Positions 25,625 to 38,140 of a DNA stretch of 64,000 bases are shown here, piece by piece (within the stretch, counting starts at the first letter, position 1; every line of letters begins with the position of its first letter). The stretch is from the NCBI GenBank assembly GCA_951406725.2, contig OX597839.1, forward strand, positions 16,368,001-16,432,000, in the 5' to 3' direction. This DNA is from Octopus vulgaris. Taxonomy: Eukaryota. A program made the position numbers and the translations under genes. The notes under the pieces were generated by a model. The model was given only the letters and a program-made list of their open reading frames with translations, had not been told where the DNA came from and searched no databases.

Positions 25625-26262
25625 CCTGCTTCTCAACTACGTGGTTCAGGGTTCAGTCCCACTGCGTGATACCTCGGGCAAGTGTCTTTCACTGTAGCCA
25701 CGGGTCAACCAAAACCTTGTGAGAGGATTTGGTAGACGGAAACTGAAAGAAGCCAGTCGTGTGTATACATACATGCACACATATATACACACATACATAC
25801 ATACATGCACACACATATACGCACATACATACATACATAAATGCACACACATATACACACATACATACATAAATACATACATATATACATGCACACATAT
25901 ATACTTACATAAATACATACATACATGCACACATATATACACACATACATACATGCATACATAAATACATACATGCAAACATAAATACATACATACATGC
26001 ATACATACATATATACATACATAAATACATACATACATGCACACATATATATACACACACATACATACATACATGCATACATACATACATACATACATAC
26101 ATACATACAAGTGTGTTTGTCTCTGTGTCCGTGTTTGTCGTCCACCACTTCTCGTTGGTGTGTTTGCGTCCCTGTAACTTAGCGGATCGGCAAAAGAGAC
26201 CAGTAGAAATTCATCAAGGCGGTGCCCCAGTATGGCCACGGTCCAATGACTAAAACCAATTA
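25625..26262 (+). mobile_element. Family A SINE with expanded internal (CATA/CA)n tract
   Basis: Head at 25625-25760 and tail at 26110-26262 match 771-1150. About 350 bp of microsatellite occupies the position of the internal TA/TG tract. Confidence 0.75.
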
Positions 26263-26849
26263 AAAAAAGATAATAAAAGGAACAGAAACTGTAGAAGCCC
26301 ATCAAAACGGACTTCACTTTTAATACATTAAGAGTAGATGTGTCTGGGATACTCAACCAGTTACATTATAGTACTGGCAGAATCCAACAGCGCCGGACGA
26401 AATACTTAGTGACAATTCTTCCGGCCTTTTACGTTCAGAGTTCAGATTCCGCCGAGGTCGGCTGCTTTCGTCTTATGCTGTGTTATGATGTTTCTGCCTG
26501 GAAATCACAATGAAAAGACACCCAGGTCTATGGAATACTCAGCCAGTTGGATTATAAACCAATCTAACAGAATCGTGTGTGTGTGTATGTGTGCGCGTAC
26601 GCGCGTGTACAGTCGCAGATACAGGTACACAAAATCGCAACGGTTCCGGACAACATGCTTAACATTTTTCCGGCCTTTTACGTTCCGAGGTCAGCTACCT
26701 TCGTCTTACACTGTCCCTTATAGCTTCGATTGGAGCCGATCTAATCGACTGGCTCCCACCCACCCCCAAATTTCGAGCCTTGTGCCTAGAGTAGAAAAGA
26801 ATATGAGGTGTAATATATTTGGGAAAATATACTCGTTACTCTCTTTTAC

Positions 26850-27230
26850 TCTTTTACTTGTTTCAGTCATGTGACTGTGGCCATACTGGAGCACCGCTTT
26901 TAGTCGAGCAAATCTTTTGCCGAACCGCTAAGTTACGGGGAGGTAAATACACCAGCATTGGTTGTCAAGCGATGTTGGGGGGTGGGGGACAAACACAGAC
27001 ACACAAACATATACACATGTGTGTGTGTATATGTTTGTGTGACTTCGTATGTACCGTTGGCGATTTTTTTTCCTCTGTTTTCCCTTCTCGGGATCTTTCC
27101 TTCTCCTGTGTTTCCGACGAAGAGCTCCGCTCGAAACATTAAACCCTCCTTCTTTCCTGAGCATCCAATAATACTATATTTGTTCCACGTCCTCGCGTTG
27201 TTGTGTTTTTTTGTGTTTTCTTGTTTGGAT

Positions 27231-27272
<42 letters not shown>

Positions 27273-27435
27273 CGTATATACGATGGGTTTCTTTCAGTTT
27301 CTGTCTACCAAATCCTCTCACAAGGCTTTGGTCGGCCCGAGGCTATATTAGAAGACACTTGCCCAAGGTGCCACGCAGTGGGACTGAACCCGGAGCCATG
27401 TGGTTGGTAAGCAAGCTATTTACCACACAGTCACT
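26850..27435 (-). mobile_element. Family A SINE interrupted by an HHR-bearing fragment (about 27040-27235)
   Basis: Tail at 26850-27010 and head at 27280-27435. The unrelated insert lies in the internal TA/CA tract. Confidence 0.75.
27110..27144 (+). ncRNA. Minimal hammerhead-like motif with CCGANGA core variant
   Basis: gttt CCGACGA a gagc tcc gctc GAAA c a tt aaac. Stem I gttt/aaac, stem II gagc/gctc. Family members at 33265-33299 and 56472-56506. Confidence 0.55.
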
Positions 27436-27439
27436 CCTA

Positions 27440-27494
<55 letters not shown>

Positions 27495-27560
27495 CAAAAA
27501 AATATTGTCCAAAAGGTAATTAGATCTAATAGTAGAAATAGACGTAGATATACACATACA

Positions 27561-27612
<52 letters not shown>

Positions 27613-27717
27613 GGTGTGCCTCATATTATGGTTTTGGGTGTGTACCTGTATGACCACGTATACATGTCTATGTATGAGCGCATGCGCGCATCTGTATGTC
27701 TAAGCTTGTACATGTGC

Positions 27718-27779
<62 letters not shown>

Positions 27780-28608
27780 CTGTCTCTATCTGTTGTGGGT
27801 GTGTGAGTATATGTAAATAAATATACGTGTCTGTATGTGTGTCTGTGTGTCCCACTATGTCTGCGTGTATCCATGTGTCTGAGTGAAGTATATTGCTTGA
27901 TCACATCGGTACATTTACAATAACTAATCAATACTAAAGACTGACATTATTTCATTATTTCCTGGTCTTTGCCACTCAGCAACCGAACCTCCACTCCAAA
28001 CACACACACAGTAGAAATAAGGATATAATAAGAAATAAGGTGGTGGAGTGGGCGTTGAGGCAAATTCACAAACCTAGGTAAAATGAATAATTTCTGATTT
28101 CTCGTGGCCTGATGATGTAATACTTGCAACCATTACGTTGCAAGTATCGAATTATCATTTTGTAATATTGCAACGAGTGAAAATCGATCAGCATGCTTGT
28201 TGTTATTGAAGTTGGGAGTCAGAAACATTCAGGTACATTTTTTTTTTCAAGAAATTTTTCCTCAACTTTCACCTTATTGTAATTGAAGTTACTAATAAAA
28301 TATCTGAATAATTTTTGCCGTTTAACAATCAAATTTCTTTTCTCTTTTGGATTCCAAGTCAATGTTTTCCAACACTTACGTCTAATTTTATAATTTTCAA
28401 TTTTCAAACATTTATGTCTAAATTGGGGCAAAATCAGTAATGAATAATTTCAATAATTTCTTGCTTTTAAATTGCAAGGTGCGGAAATAGACTGAAAGGG
28501 GTCACTCCAGAATATCGTGAAGAAGCTATAGAAAATATTACATGTAGATTAAAAAAAATATTTAGTCGAGTTTCATTAATTTCATATCATGTGCCATTTT
28601 CCCCTGAC

Positions 28609-31308
28609 CAGGCAAGTCACTGATGGATTTTTCCATCCAGATCTGGGGGTTTTGGGAGCAATGATGGGTTTATGGGTTTTAATTTCCAAATTTACATAAA
28701 ATTTTTAAGTTAGTTTTGGCTGCAGACTTATCTTTTAAAGAGAATTTGGGGTCATACTCTTTGTATGTAATATGTACCAAAGTTGCCCCTCTTCTAATAC
28801 TTGATAAACTTTCTATATATCCTCCATAATCATCTCACGTAATGAATTTATCGATACAAATATTGTATGTGACGTAATTATCGATCGTACGCTTTCATTA
28901 CTTGTTATACTTGTATCATACTGGGCGACTACAAGCTACAACGCGTTGGTGACCGCTGGTATACTTGTCTGAAACTGACACCGCCAGTTGACAACTAGAC
29001 TGTGTTGATAGTGGACGCTTCGATTGCTACTCGCGATTTCAAATTTGCTTAACAACATTTTGAGTGAGTGTTTTTGTTTTGTAACTCTTTGCGAAGTAAT
29101 GGTAGACAATAATGTGTCCAAAAACAGGAAGTGGCACACCCAAAATTTCAAAAAGTCGTGGTTGGAGGTTGCTGAGCTTAAAGATTGGTTACGGCAAGGT
29201 GATAACATTCCTGATGCCTGTTATTGCGTTTGCGAAACGTTGTGTTGAAAAATGCTAACAAATCAAATTAATGCCGTTAGCTCATAAAAACACTGTCAAA
29301 CGCAAGAAAGCTTTTGATTGCGCGAAATCTGCTATTAAATTAGATTCACCTATTGTTAGAAAAACAGATGATACATTAAATGAAAAAGTAGCTGAGGCAG
29401 ACTTGCTACAAACAGGTTTTGTTGCTGAACATCACATATCAATCATATAAATCACTTGGCTGGAATTTGTCAAAAGACCTTTCCCGATAGTGAAATAGCT
29501 AAAAGATCTACAAATGAAAAAAAAGCAAAATTAACTTACATTATGCAAGACGGAATTGCACATTATGAACGAAATGAAATCTCTTGGAAATTCTCAAGAA
29601 ACAAAAGTTTTCAGTATTGATAGATGAGAGTACGGAAATCTCAGTATCACAAATCTTAGCATTAGTTGTTCGCTTTTTTTTAATGAACAACCGCTTAATA
29701 TCAAGGATACTCTTCTGGATGCAATTGTAGTAGAAAATTGTTCGTCTCAGAGTTTGTACGATGCTGTCAAGTCTACGCTTACAAAAGAAGATGTATCTAT
29801 GAGCAACATACTTGGATTTGCCAGCGATAATTACTCAACTTTGATGGATAACGAGAGCGGGTTTCAAAAGTTATTGAGAAACGATATTCCGACTGTATTT
29901 ACAATAGGCTGTGTTTGCCATTCGTCTGCACTTTGTTCAAATCATGCAGTGAAGGTGTCACCTTCGTATCTCGAGTCCTTTTTAAAGGGCTTAACTTCTT
30001 ACTTTTCTCGAAGTAGCAAACATCAAAATGACTTCAATATGATACAAAGTGTTGCTGGCACAAAAGAAAACAAGATTTCAAAGCTTTCACAAACTAGTGA
30101 AAATGTAATTAACGTTATAATAGAACAGTGGGATACCCTTGTACTTTATTTTCAGTCTGAGGCTAAAGTAGAAAAAGTGGACAGAGCAAAAAGGATCTAT
30201 GAATCAATGATTAACAAAGGGATGAAGCACATTCTGCTCTTCTTACATTATATATTAAAAAAATGCTCTTAATGTCGAGTTTCAATCGGAACACTTTCGA
30301 CTGCATCTGTTGCATACACTCGTATCCAGTGAATATAAAAGTATCCTTAATTGCTTTATAAAAGAGGGTGTTTTAGCTGTATCTAAATTATCAGATATTG
30401 ATCTTAATAACAACAAATCACAAAGATATAAGTGATATTTACCACGGTGGAGGCGCAATGAGATATCTAGAACAAAACCCCATCGTTGGTGACTCAGCTA
30501 GATTCAAAACTGATTGCAAAAAATGTTTAATAGAATTTTGCTCTCAAATAAAAATGCGCTTTCCTCTCGATGAAGCTGGAGTGTTTGCCCTCTTAGAAAT
30601 ACTTGATCCGAAAGTAGCGCACGATCTCACTAACTCTTCTCAGTCAATAATTCCCTTGGCATCAAACTTTCCAGTAATTGCACCAGAAAACACACCTGAT
30701 GAACTAAACGATGAGTGGAGAATATTTCGGCAATACAAAGATATTCCTGCTTCCTCAAAAAGCATCCCTGAATTCTGGTATTCCATACGCAATCTTAAAG
30801 ACGGGCTTGACCACTCTAAACTTAAGAGGCTGTCACAATTCATAACTAATTTAACGGTACTACCTCATTCATCAGTGTGCATGGAGCGCATATTTTCCCC
30901 GAGTAAATTGTACAAAGACAAAGTTCCCTAAAATGTTGAAGGCCGAAACGATCACCGATTGTCTTCTTGCTAAACAGGCAATTACAAGAAAGAGAATGTC
31001 ATACATTTCTTGGGAGCCGAACGCTAAACTTATAAAAGATGTAATGGATGGGTCTTGTCACCGAAGATATACGAGTAGACTGAACTTCAAAAAGGGAGGA
31101 ATGAATGAAGATGTTGTGGATATCTACGAAATTGACAATTAACTACCAGTGAGTATTAAATTCTGTATTCATTTTGTCACAAAATATATTTAATCAGTAA
31201 ATTACCAATTATATACCTATTTTCTAACATCTGAGTTTATAAGATACAATCTGGATTTTTTGCAGCAAATAATCTGGGTGTTTTATTATTTGATGAATGG
31301 CAACCCTG
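28609..31308 (+). mobile_element. Decayed hAT DNA transposon (2.7 kb)
   Basis: 8-bp direct repeat cccctgac at 28601-28608 and 31309-31316. Right terminus tggcaaccctg, degenerate left terminus caggcaagtca. Transposase relic inside. Confidence 0.9.
29099..31142 (+). pseudogene. hAT transposase pseudogene
   Basis: FKKSWLE..LKDWL...CYCVC (zinc-finger-like N-terminus), FSVLIDEST, GFASDNYSTLM, IGCVCHSSALC (CxxH), and the hATC dimerization motif FWYSI...LTVLPHSSVCMERIFS, over several frames. Confidence 0.88.
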
Positions 31309-32030
31309 CCCCTGACTCGCTTTCAATTGACTTTAATTTTTTTTTATTTTTGTATTTCTGATCTTTCTGATGTCTAGGGAAGGATATTGATGTGTTTTTA
31401 AACATGATTCTGGAGAATTTAAGGGCAAATTTATCTTAATCTTTGCTTACTCATTTTCCCCAAGCTAAATCTGTCTTTTATATGCTCAAAGAGAACGGTG
31501 AGGATTTTCTGAAATAGTGATCAGATCATGTTATAAAGTTATAATTGCATTTAAAGAAGGCCATTTGCTTAACGGATATAGTTTTTGTAATTTGTGGAAA
31601 ATATTTTTTTTTCCCCAAAGTCAAAATGCTGTAAAAACTCCTCATTGTTCCCCTCCTACTCAAAATCTTCAATAGCAATTAAAACGACAAAAGCAAAACT
31701 TATAGGCTTAAATGGATCTTTTTCTTTCTAAACAATACATTTAAGTGTATATGCCAGTGTAACACATTCACACACACACACACATAGACGTGTGTGTATT
31801 GTATACAGAGAATAGCAAATCCATTAATACCTATAATTACTGTGGCCTTTGTTGCGTTTGTGTTTTGCTTTTGTTTTTGCTATTGTTATTGTTATTGTCA
31901 CTATAATTGTTGCTGCTGTTTTTGTTGTTGCTTTTCGCCTTCCTCGTGCTCCTTCATCCAACAGACTTACTTTTGATCTTCCTGTATTTTGTTAAATGAA
32001 GTGCATCCAGGACGACATCGCATAATGTTT

Positions 32031-32264
32031 CCTATTTCTTTATTGCCCACAAGGGGCTAAACATAGAGAGGACAAACAAGGACATACAAACGGATTAAGT
32101 CGATTAGATCGACCCCAGTGCGTAACTGGTAATTAATTTATCGACCCCGAAAGGATGAAAGGCAAAATCGACCTCGGCGGAATTTGATTTCAGAACGTAA
32201 CGGCAGACGAAATACTGCTAAGCATTTCGCCCGGCGCGCTAACGTTTCTGCCAGCTCGCCGCCT
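32031..32264 (-). mobile_element. Family B SINE, full length
   Basis: Reverse complement of ggcggcgagctggcagaaacgttagc...gccccttgtgggcaataaagaaatagg. Confidence 0.85.
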
Positions 32265-32611
32265 TACTACATCACATGATGTTTCCTTCCTTCTTATTGT
32301 TAGTATTTTAAGCTCCAGATCAGCCCTAATGGAATAATCCCAACTTGAATATCTTCCGGCTGTGACCATCATTTATTCAGAGATTATCTAGGATTACGTT
32401 ATCTAACGTGTCCTAGTGCTGCCGCTGTTGTTAAGCTCCAGGCCAAACTAGATCCACGAAACCCATGGTCAAACGTTTTCCAGCTGTGATCATTATCTAC
32501 TATATTCTTATTCTTTATTATCGTTGTTGTTGCTGTTGTTTAGTGTCAGGTCAGCTTTGATCGATCAAGTTCGAAAGGTGATCACCCCAAAACTTTTTTT
32601 TCCTAACCATA

Positions 32612-32822
32612 GGACGACGAATTGGCAGAATCGTTACCATGCTGGATGAAATGCTTAGCGGTATTTCGTCTGCCGCTATGTTCTGAGTTCAAATTCCACT
32701 GAGGTCGACTTTGTCTTTCATCCTTTCGGGGTCGATGAATTAAGTACCAGTGAAACACTGAGGACGATGTCATCAACTTAAGCCCTCCCCCAAAATTTCA
32801 GGCCTTGTGCCTTTTGAAGAAA
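32612..32822 (+). mobile_element. Family B SINE
   Basis: ttggcagaatcgtta...gagttcaaattccactgaggtcgactttgtctttcatcctttcggggtcgat, followed by (ATT)n. Confidence 0.8.
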
Positions 32823-33264
32823 GTATTATTATAATTATAATTATTATTATTATTATTATTATTATTATCATTAGGCGGCGAGCTTGCAGAATCGTTAGCA
32901 TGCTGGGCGAAATGGCCCCTTTGAAATACAGGTACATCAGAAACAGAAAGAAAGAGTGAGAGAAAGTTGTGGTGAAAGAGTACAGCAGGGTTCGCCACCA
33001 CTCCCTCTGCCGGAGCCTCGTGGAGCTTTAGGTGTTTTCACTCAATAAACACTCACAACGCCTTATAGATACATGCATACATACACACATACATACATAC
33101 ATACATACATACATACATACATACGCCCACACACGCACGCACACACCACATATGGTCAATTGAAAGAAAAATAATTCAAATAAAGAACGAAAAAAGAAGA
33201 AAAACAACGAACGCAATGACGTACACAAGTAGTATATTAGCTTGACGATCGGTGAAAGGAGAGG

Positions 33265-33299
33265 GTTTAACGTTTCGAGCATAGCTCTTCATCGGAATG
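33265..33299 (-). ncRNA. Minimal hammerhead-like motif with CCGANGA core variant
   Basis: Minus strand: catt CCGATGA a gagc tat gctc GAAA c gt t aaac. Loopless palindromic stem III (aacgtt). Confidence 0.55.
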
Positions 33300-33462
33300 G
33301 AGAAAGGGGAAAGTCCACAGAAGGAGAACAAGAGATCGGCAACCAAAGACACCCACCACACACACTCATACATGTACATATATGTACATACGTATACCCA
33401 TACGTACATACATACATACATACACGAATGTATTCATATATATGTCTATATATATATAAATG

Positions 33463-33526
<64 letters not shown>

Positions 33527-34169
33527 CATGTGCGTGTATGTATACATATGCGTATGTATATATATATATATACATACACACACACGTATATCTTCACATT
33601 TTTGATGCGACACTACTCAATACTGTTTTCTTCCTCTATCCTTCTTTTTTTTCCCCTCCCTCCTTCACCGTTTTCTATCTGTCTCTCTCTTTCCCCTCTT
33701 TCTCTTCTCTCTCTCTCTCTCGTTGCTTACACGTGACCATCGTCCATCTTTCTTTTTCTCACGTGACCATCTTTCTTTTCCTGCACGGATGTTTAGAACG
33801 GACGTGTCTTTCTCTCTCTCTTCTATCTTTTCTCTTTCCAAAAAAAAATTTCTCCCAGCGTTCACTATTGTCCTCTCGTTCTGGTCCAACGACCCTCCAT
33901 GTTTGTTTTCGTTCGGTTTCCTTGTATATCTCCACTGTCATTTTCTTGTCCCCAAATTTGACCCTCCATAAATCCTAAATTAGACCTTATGTGAGCAACT
34001 GCCTTTTAAGACTCATATTGTTATTGAATGCTCGAAATGAGAAGCAGATTGACAACTGACAACTGATGAAGGGTCCTTTCTCTGTGTTTACTTGTCCTGT
34101 TTTCCATTTTTCTTGTTGTTTATGTATTTCAGGTTATTTGCAGCATTGGCGACGTTCTGTACCCATATA

Positions 34170-34227
<58 letters not shown>

Positions 34228-34229
34228 AA

Positions 34230-34275
<46 letters not shown>

Positions 34276-34366
34276 AATGCATATATATATTATAATATTT
34301 ATTATAGATAGATATGTGGTCCGTGTAAGTCTGTGTATGCTTGTGTTAGTATGAAAGATACGTTTA

Positions 34367-34413
<47 letters not shown>

Positions 34414-34612
34414 TGTATGCGTGTGTGTGATATTTGAGATTTAATGCTAGAAAAATAAATGTTTAGAAATTCTGGTAAAATTGTTTTTAAATGGCAGTGA
34501 TTGAAGTCACACTTTTGATGCCAGCAATTGGCTCAGCTTTGCTGATGTTTCAACTACATAACCAAATATCGTCCTACTTTCTAAAGTTCAAAGTCGGTTG
34601 TTATTATTGCTA

Positions 34613-34669
<57 letters not shown>

Positions 34670-34780
34670 CAGTTGTATAATTTGCTTGATTCGTTGGTCG
34701 CACACTCACACACGTTCGAACACACACATATACAAATATATATACATACACGCACACAGACATACAGACAAACATATATG

Positions 34781-34845
<65 letters not shown>

Positions 34846-34913
34846 AAATACAAAATGGGACAGATGCCTATATGTGTGTGTGTATGTATATATATTTATA
34901 TATATACATATAT

Positions 34914-34960
<47 letters not shown>

Positions 34961-35011
34961 TATATATATATATATATACACACACACATATACATACATA
35001 TATATATAGAT

Positions 35012-35068
<57 letters not shown>

Positions 35069-35269
35069 TAGGTGAATGAATTATCCTATGTTTATCGTCA
35101 GCATGGAAAATTCGTATGACCGAAACCTGGGTAGCAAATTCACGTTAGAAACACGGTTGAAGCGACCTGTCAAGGGTAGAAACTCCAGGTTCGTGTGCAG
35201 AAATTTGTGTGTTGTATATGAATAAATGAAAGAATGGAGTCGAACGAAGATGTTAACAAAATTCCTTTA

Positions 35270-35351
35270 CTCTCGACATATGTTTCGAAGACAGCATGTT
35301 TTCATTCCAAAGGAATAAAGGGTGCATTATGCAATCTTCTCATCAGGAAAG
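35270..35351 (-). ncRNA. Type-I hammerhead ribozyme, intact core, long stem II
   Basis: Minus strand: ctttc CTGATGA gaaga[...]tcttc GAAA catatg TC gagag. Stem I ctttc/gagag, stem II gaaga/tcttc, palindromic stem III acatatgt, GUC cleavage triplet. Confidence 0.85.
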
Positions 35352-35629
35352 AAAGGGACCCTCTCTCGACAACAAGACAAAGAAAAATTTCGATAATTGC
35401 CTACATGGTAAACAAAGCGATAATGAGTGTTTTTTTTTTAAACCGTTAGAAGAATTGATGTCAAAGATAGATAGTAGGAAGAGAAGGGGTAAAGGAATAA
35501 TAGGTAGGGAACAAGTGGAGAGGGAAGGGTACGTTGATTGAAAGAATGTTCGAAGGTTTAGGAAAGAATTTCTCTATAGAAGTGGGGTGGACGTAAAGCT
35601 AATTGTTCAAACCACAGTGACTATCGTTA

Positions 35630-36019
35630 TCATTTATATGAGTAGAAAGTGTGCTTCTGCCAGTGTTTACATTTGTATGATTTTTCTATGAGTGTGTTTA
35701 CTAGGGGAACCTTAGAGAAAAGAATATGGAAGAGTTCAGAGTTACAAATGTTACAAAATCTCCTGCCCTTATCAAAAGGAAAGGATACAGACAGTATGAA
35801 CCAATCTAACTTGAAAATTATATTGTTGTCTTTAAGACGCCAAACTAATTTACTTAGCCCTGTACTATGTCGTTTTTTACAATCCCTGAATGTTGAATAG
35901 TGGTTTGAAATTCTCTTGGATAACTGGGAAGTGGACGCTTCTATATAGAAGAAGACATCGGTACCGGAAGAAATTCTACACTGGTAAATAGAATTCTTAA
36001 TCTTAGAATTACTAGACAA
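35630..36019 (-). pseudogene. PLE GIY-YIG endonuclease domain (Naiad-like), truncated
   Basis: NSIYQCRI...FFYIEASTSQLSKRISNH..TF...STGLSKLVWRLK...WFIL...CNICNSE...LVN...KCKH. The YIG motif is mutated to YIE. Confidence 0.8.
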
Positions 36020-36230
36020 AAATTTAATTCTGTTGGGGTTGTCCTCTGAGATCGAAACGAAGTTTTTATTGTTATGATTGTTGTTACTATTATTATTAGC
36101 GCTAACAACTACACTATTTCTATTATTATTAGTATTATTAATGGTACTACAACCAGTAATACCACCGAAACATATGTCGAGAGTAAAGGAATTTTGTTAA
36201 CATCTTCGTTCGACTCCATTCTTTCATTTA

Positions 36231-36283
<53 letters not shown>

Positions 36284-36544
36284 CTGTAAATAAGAGGAAT
36301 CATTTGAGGGTCAAACAAAAAAGCGGTCTGTAGCTATTCGTTCCGCTCTCCGGCTTTGAGTCTATTCACTCTCAACTTAGTGTTCATCCTTTCATATAAA
36401 GAGGCTGAAAGCGTAGTCATATACTGGTGTTATTTTATTTCTCTCTCTCTCTCTCTCAGTTTCTCCCTCCTCCTTTCCCTCCTCCTCACTCTTTCACTAT
36501 TTCTCTTTCTCCTCTTTCTCTCTAGTTTGCTTCCGTTGCAAAGC

Positions 36545-37655
36545 CCGTGACTTCGTGGTTAGGGGTAACGATCGATAGGCTGCGAGTTCGATTCCCAGCG
36601 GTGCGTTATGTCCTTCAGCAAGATACTTTATTTCACTTTGCTCCAGGTCCACGAATACTTTCCGTTTTGCGGCTGCCACTTTTCAATTTCTTCAATTTTT
36701 GTTTCACTTAATTTCATATTTGGTATATTGGTATAGTTTTGTATGGTAATCATTGATGTAAAATTCATTTTCGCTATAAATAAATAAAGTGTTAATAGCT
36801 TTTAAAGTTTGCAAATTTTCGGTAATTTTAGCCAATCGAAAGTGACAGACATATAGGTGCCTGTTTCCATAGTAACAAGCCAAGCTATTACCAAGCTGCT
36901 TGTCCCACTGTTGCTGGCCTGTCAAACCACATGGTCATTTTCCCTAATCAAATGCTTAAAACACAAGGTATGAGGTGGTCGTGGGATGTGCTAAAAATAA
37001 CATGTAAACAGGCCTTCAATCACGCACCAAAATGCTTTACATTTGTTTTTGCATAATCGAATGAATTCCTGAATGTGGAATGCAAATCCGTAAAATTTTT
37101 CTGAAAATTCCAAAAAATACAAAAAGTTATGAGGTATATAAGTCGTGCGTACAGCAGAATTCCGCCAGTATTTCATTTGTTTACAGGTTCTAAAGAAAAC
37201 ACGTGTTGTTTTCGCAATGTTGACAACTCGTGCAGTCACGCACAAAATAACAGCTTCCAAACCATGTTTTCTGATTGGGTAAAAATTATCAAACTTTAAA
37301 CCTCAGTAAATTTTTTTTTTTTAATTCTGGAAAAAGTGAATAAGCTCCTGAGATTCAGCGTGGAAATTTACATCAATTCAGTAAATTATAAATTTTCCAC
37401 TAAACTTTAAAATTTCCACAGATGCAGCCAAACATAAAAGATCCCAATCCACGCAGCTGGCAAAAAGGAGTTGGACTTGAATTTCGAAAGGCCAGCCTTG
37501 TCACGTTCTATATCATGTGGAATCGGCCTGAGAACTATGTTAAGGGTAAGCGTGTCCGTGGAGTGCTCAGCCACTTGAACGTTAATTTCTCGAGCAGGCT
37601 GTTCCATTGATCGGATCAGTTGGAACCCTCGTCGTCGTAACCGACGGAGTGCCAT
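36545..37655 (+). mobile_element. Family C SINE split by an about 790-bp unclassified insertion with imperfect inverted termini
   Basis: The SINE stops at ttgctccaggtccac (about 36652) and resumes at ccaatccacgcagctggcaaaaagg (about 37445). Insert ends gttttgcggctgc / gcagccaaac; internal mirrored ccaatc/gattgg blocks. Confidence 0.55.
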
Positions 37656-37769
37656 CTCAGGACGTAAAGAAGGGCGGAATGTCGCTTAGCATTTTGTCCG
37701 GCGTGCTAACGATTCTGCTAGCTTTCCACCTCAATGATAATAACAACAACAACAATAATAATCCTTTCT

Positions 37770-38140
37770 ACTATAGGCACAAGGCCTGAAATTTGGAGGA
37801 AGGGGCAAGTCGATTACATCGACCCCAGTACTCAGCTGGTACTTTATCGACTCCGAAAGGATGAAAGGCAAAGTCGACCTCGGCGGAATTTGAACTCAGA
37901 ATGTAGTGGCAGACGAAATATCCATTTCTTTACTACCCACAAGGGGCTAAACACAGAGAGGACAAACAAGGACAGACAAAGGCATAAAGTCGATTACATC
38001 GACCCCAGTGCGTAACTGGTACTTATTTCATCGATCCCGAAAGGATGAAAGGCAAAGTTAACCTCGGCGGAATTTGAACTCAGAACGTACCGCTAAGCAT
38101 TTCGCTCGGCGTGCTAACGTTTCTGCCAGCTCACAGCCTT
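37770..38140 (-). mobile_element. Two tandem family B SINE copies
   Basis: aagtcgattacatcgaccccagt...ggatgaaaggcaaagt...ggaatttgaactcagaa occurs twice. Confidence 0.8.

Larger units (their letters stand above)
35215..36238 (-). mobile_element. 5'-truncated Penelope-like element with inverted 73-bp terminal copy
   Basis: GIY-YIG ORF end at 36019-35630, 3' UTR, HHR. Perfect inverted repeat 35215-35287 / 36166-36238. (TA)n flank. Confidence 0.85.

Noticed and set aside
28109-28155. ctgatga followed by an 11-bp hairpin and gaat
   Set aside because: The second core is GAAT and no stem I or III pairing was found.
35352-35632. SECIS element in the Naiad-like 3' UTR (the ORF ends in TGA)
   Set aside because: TGA is immediately followed by TAA and no AUGA/AA/GA SECIS stem was evident by eye; a SECISearch run would settle it.
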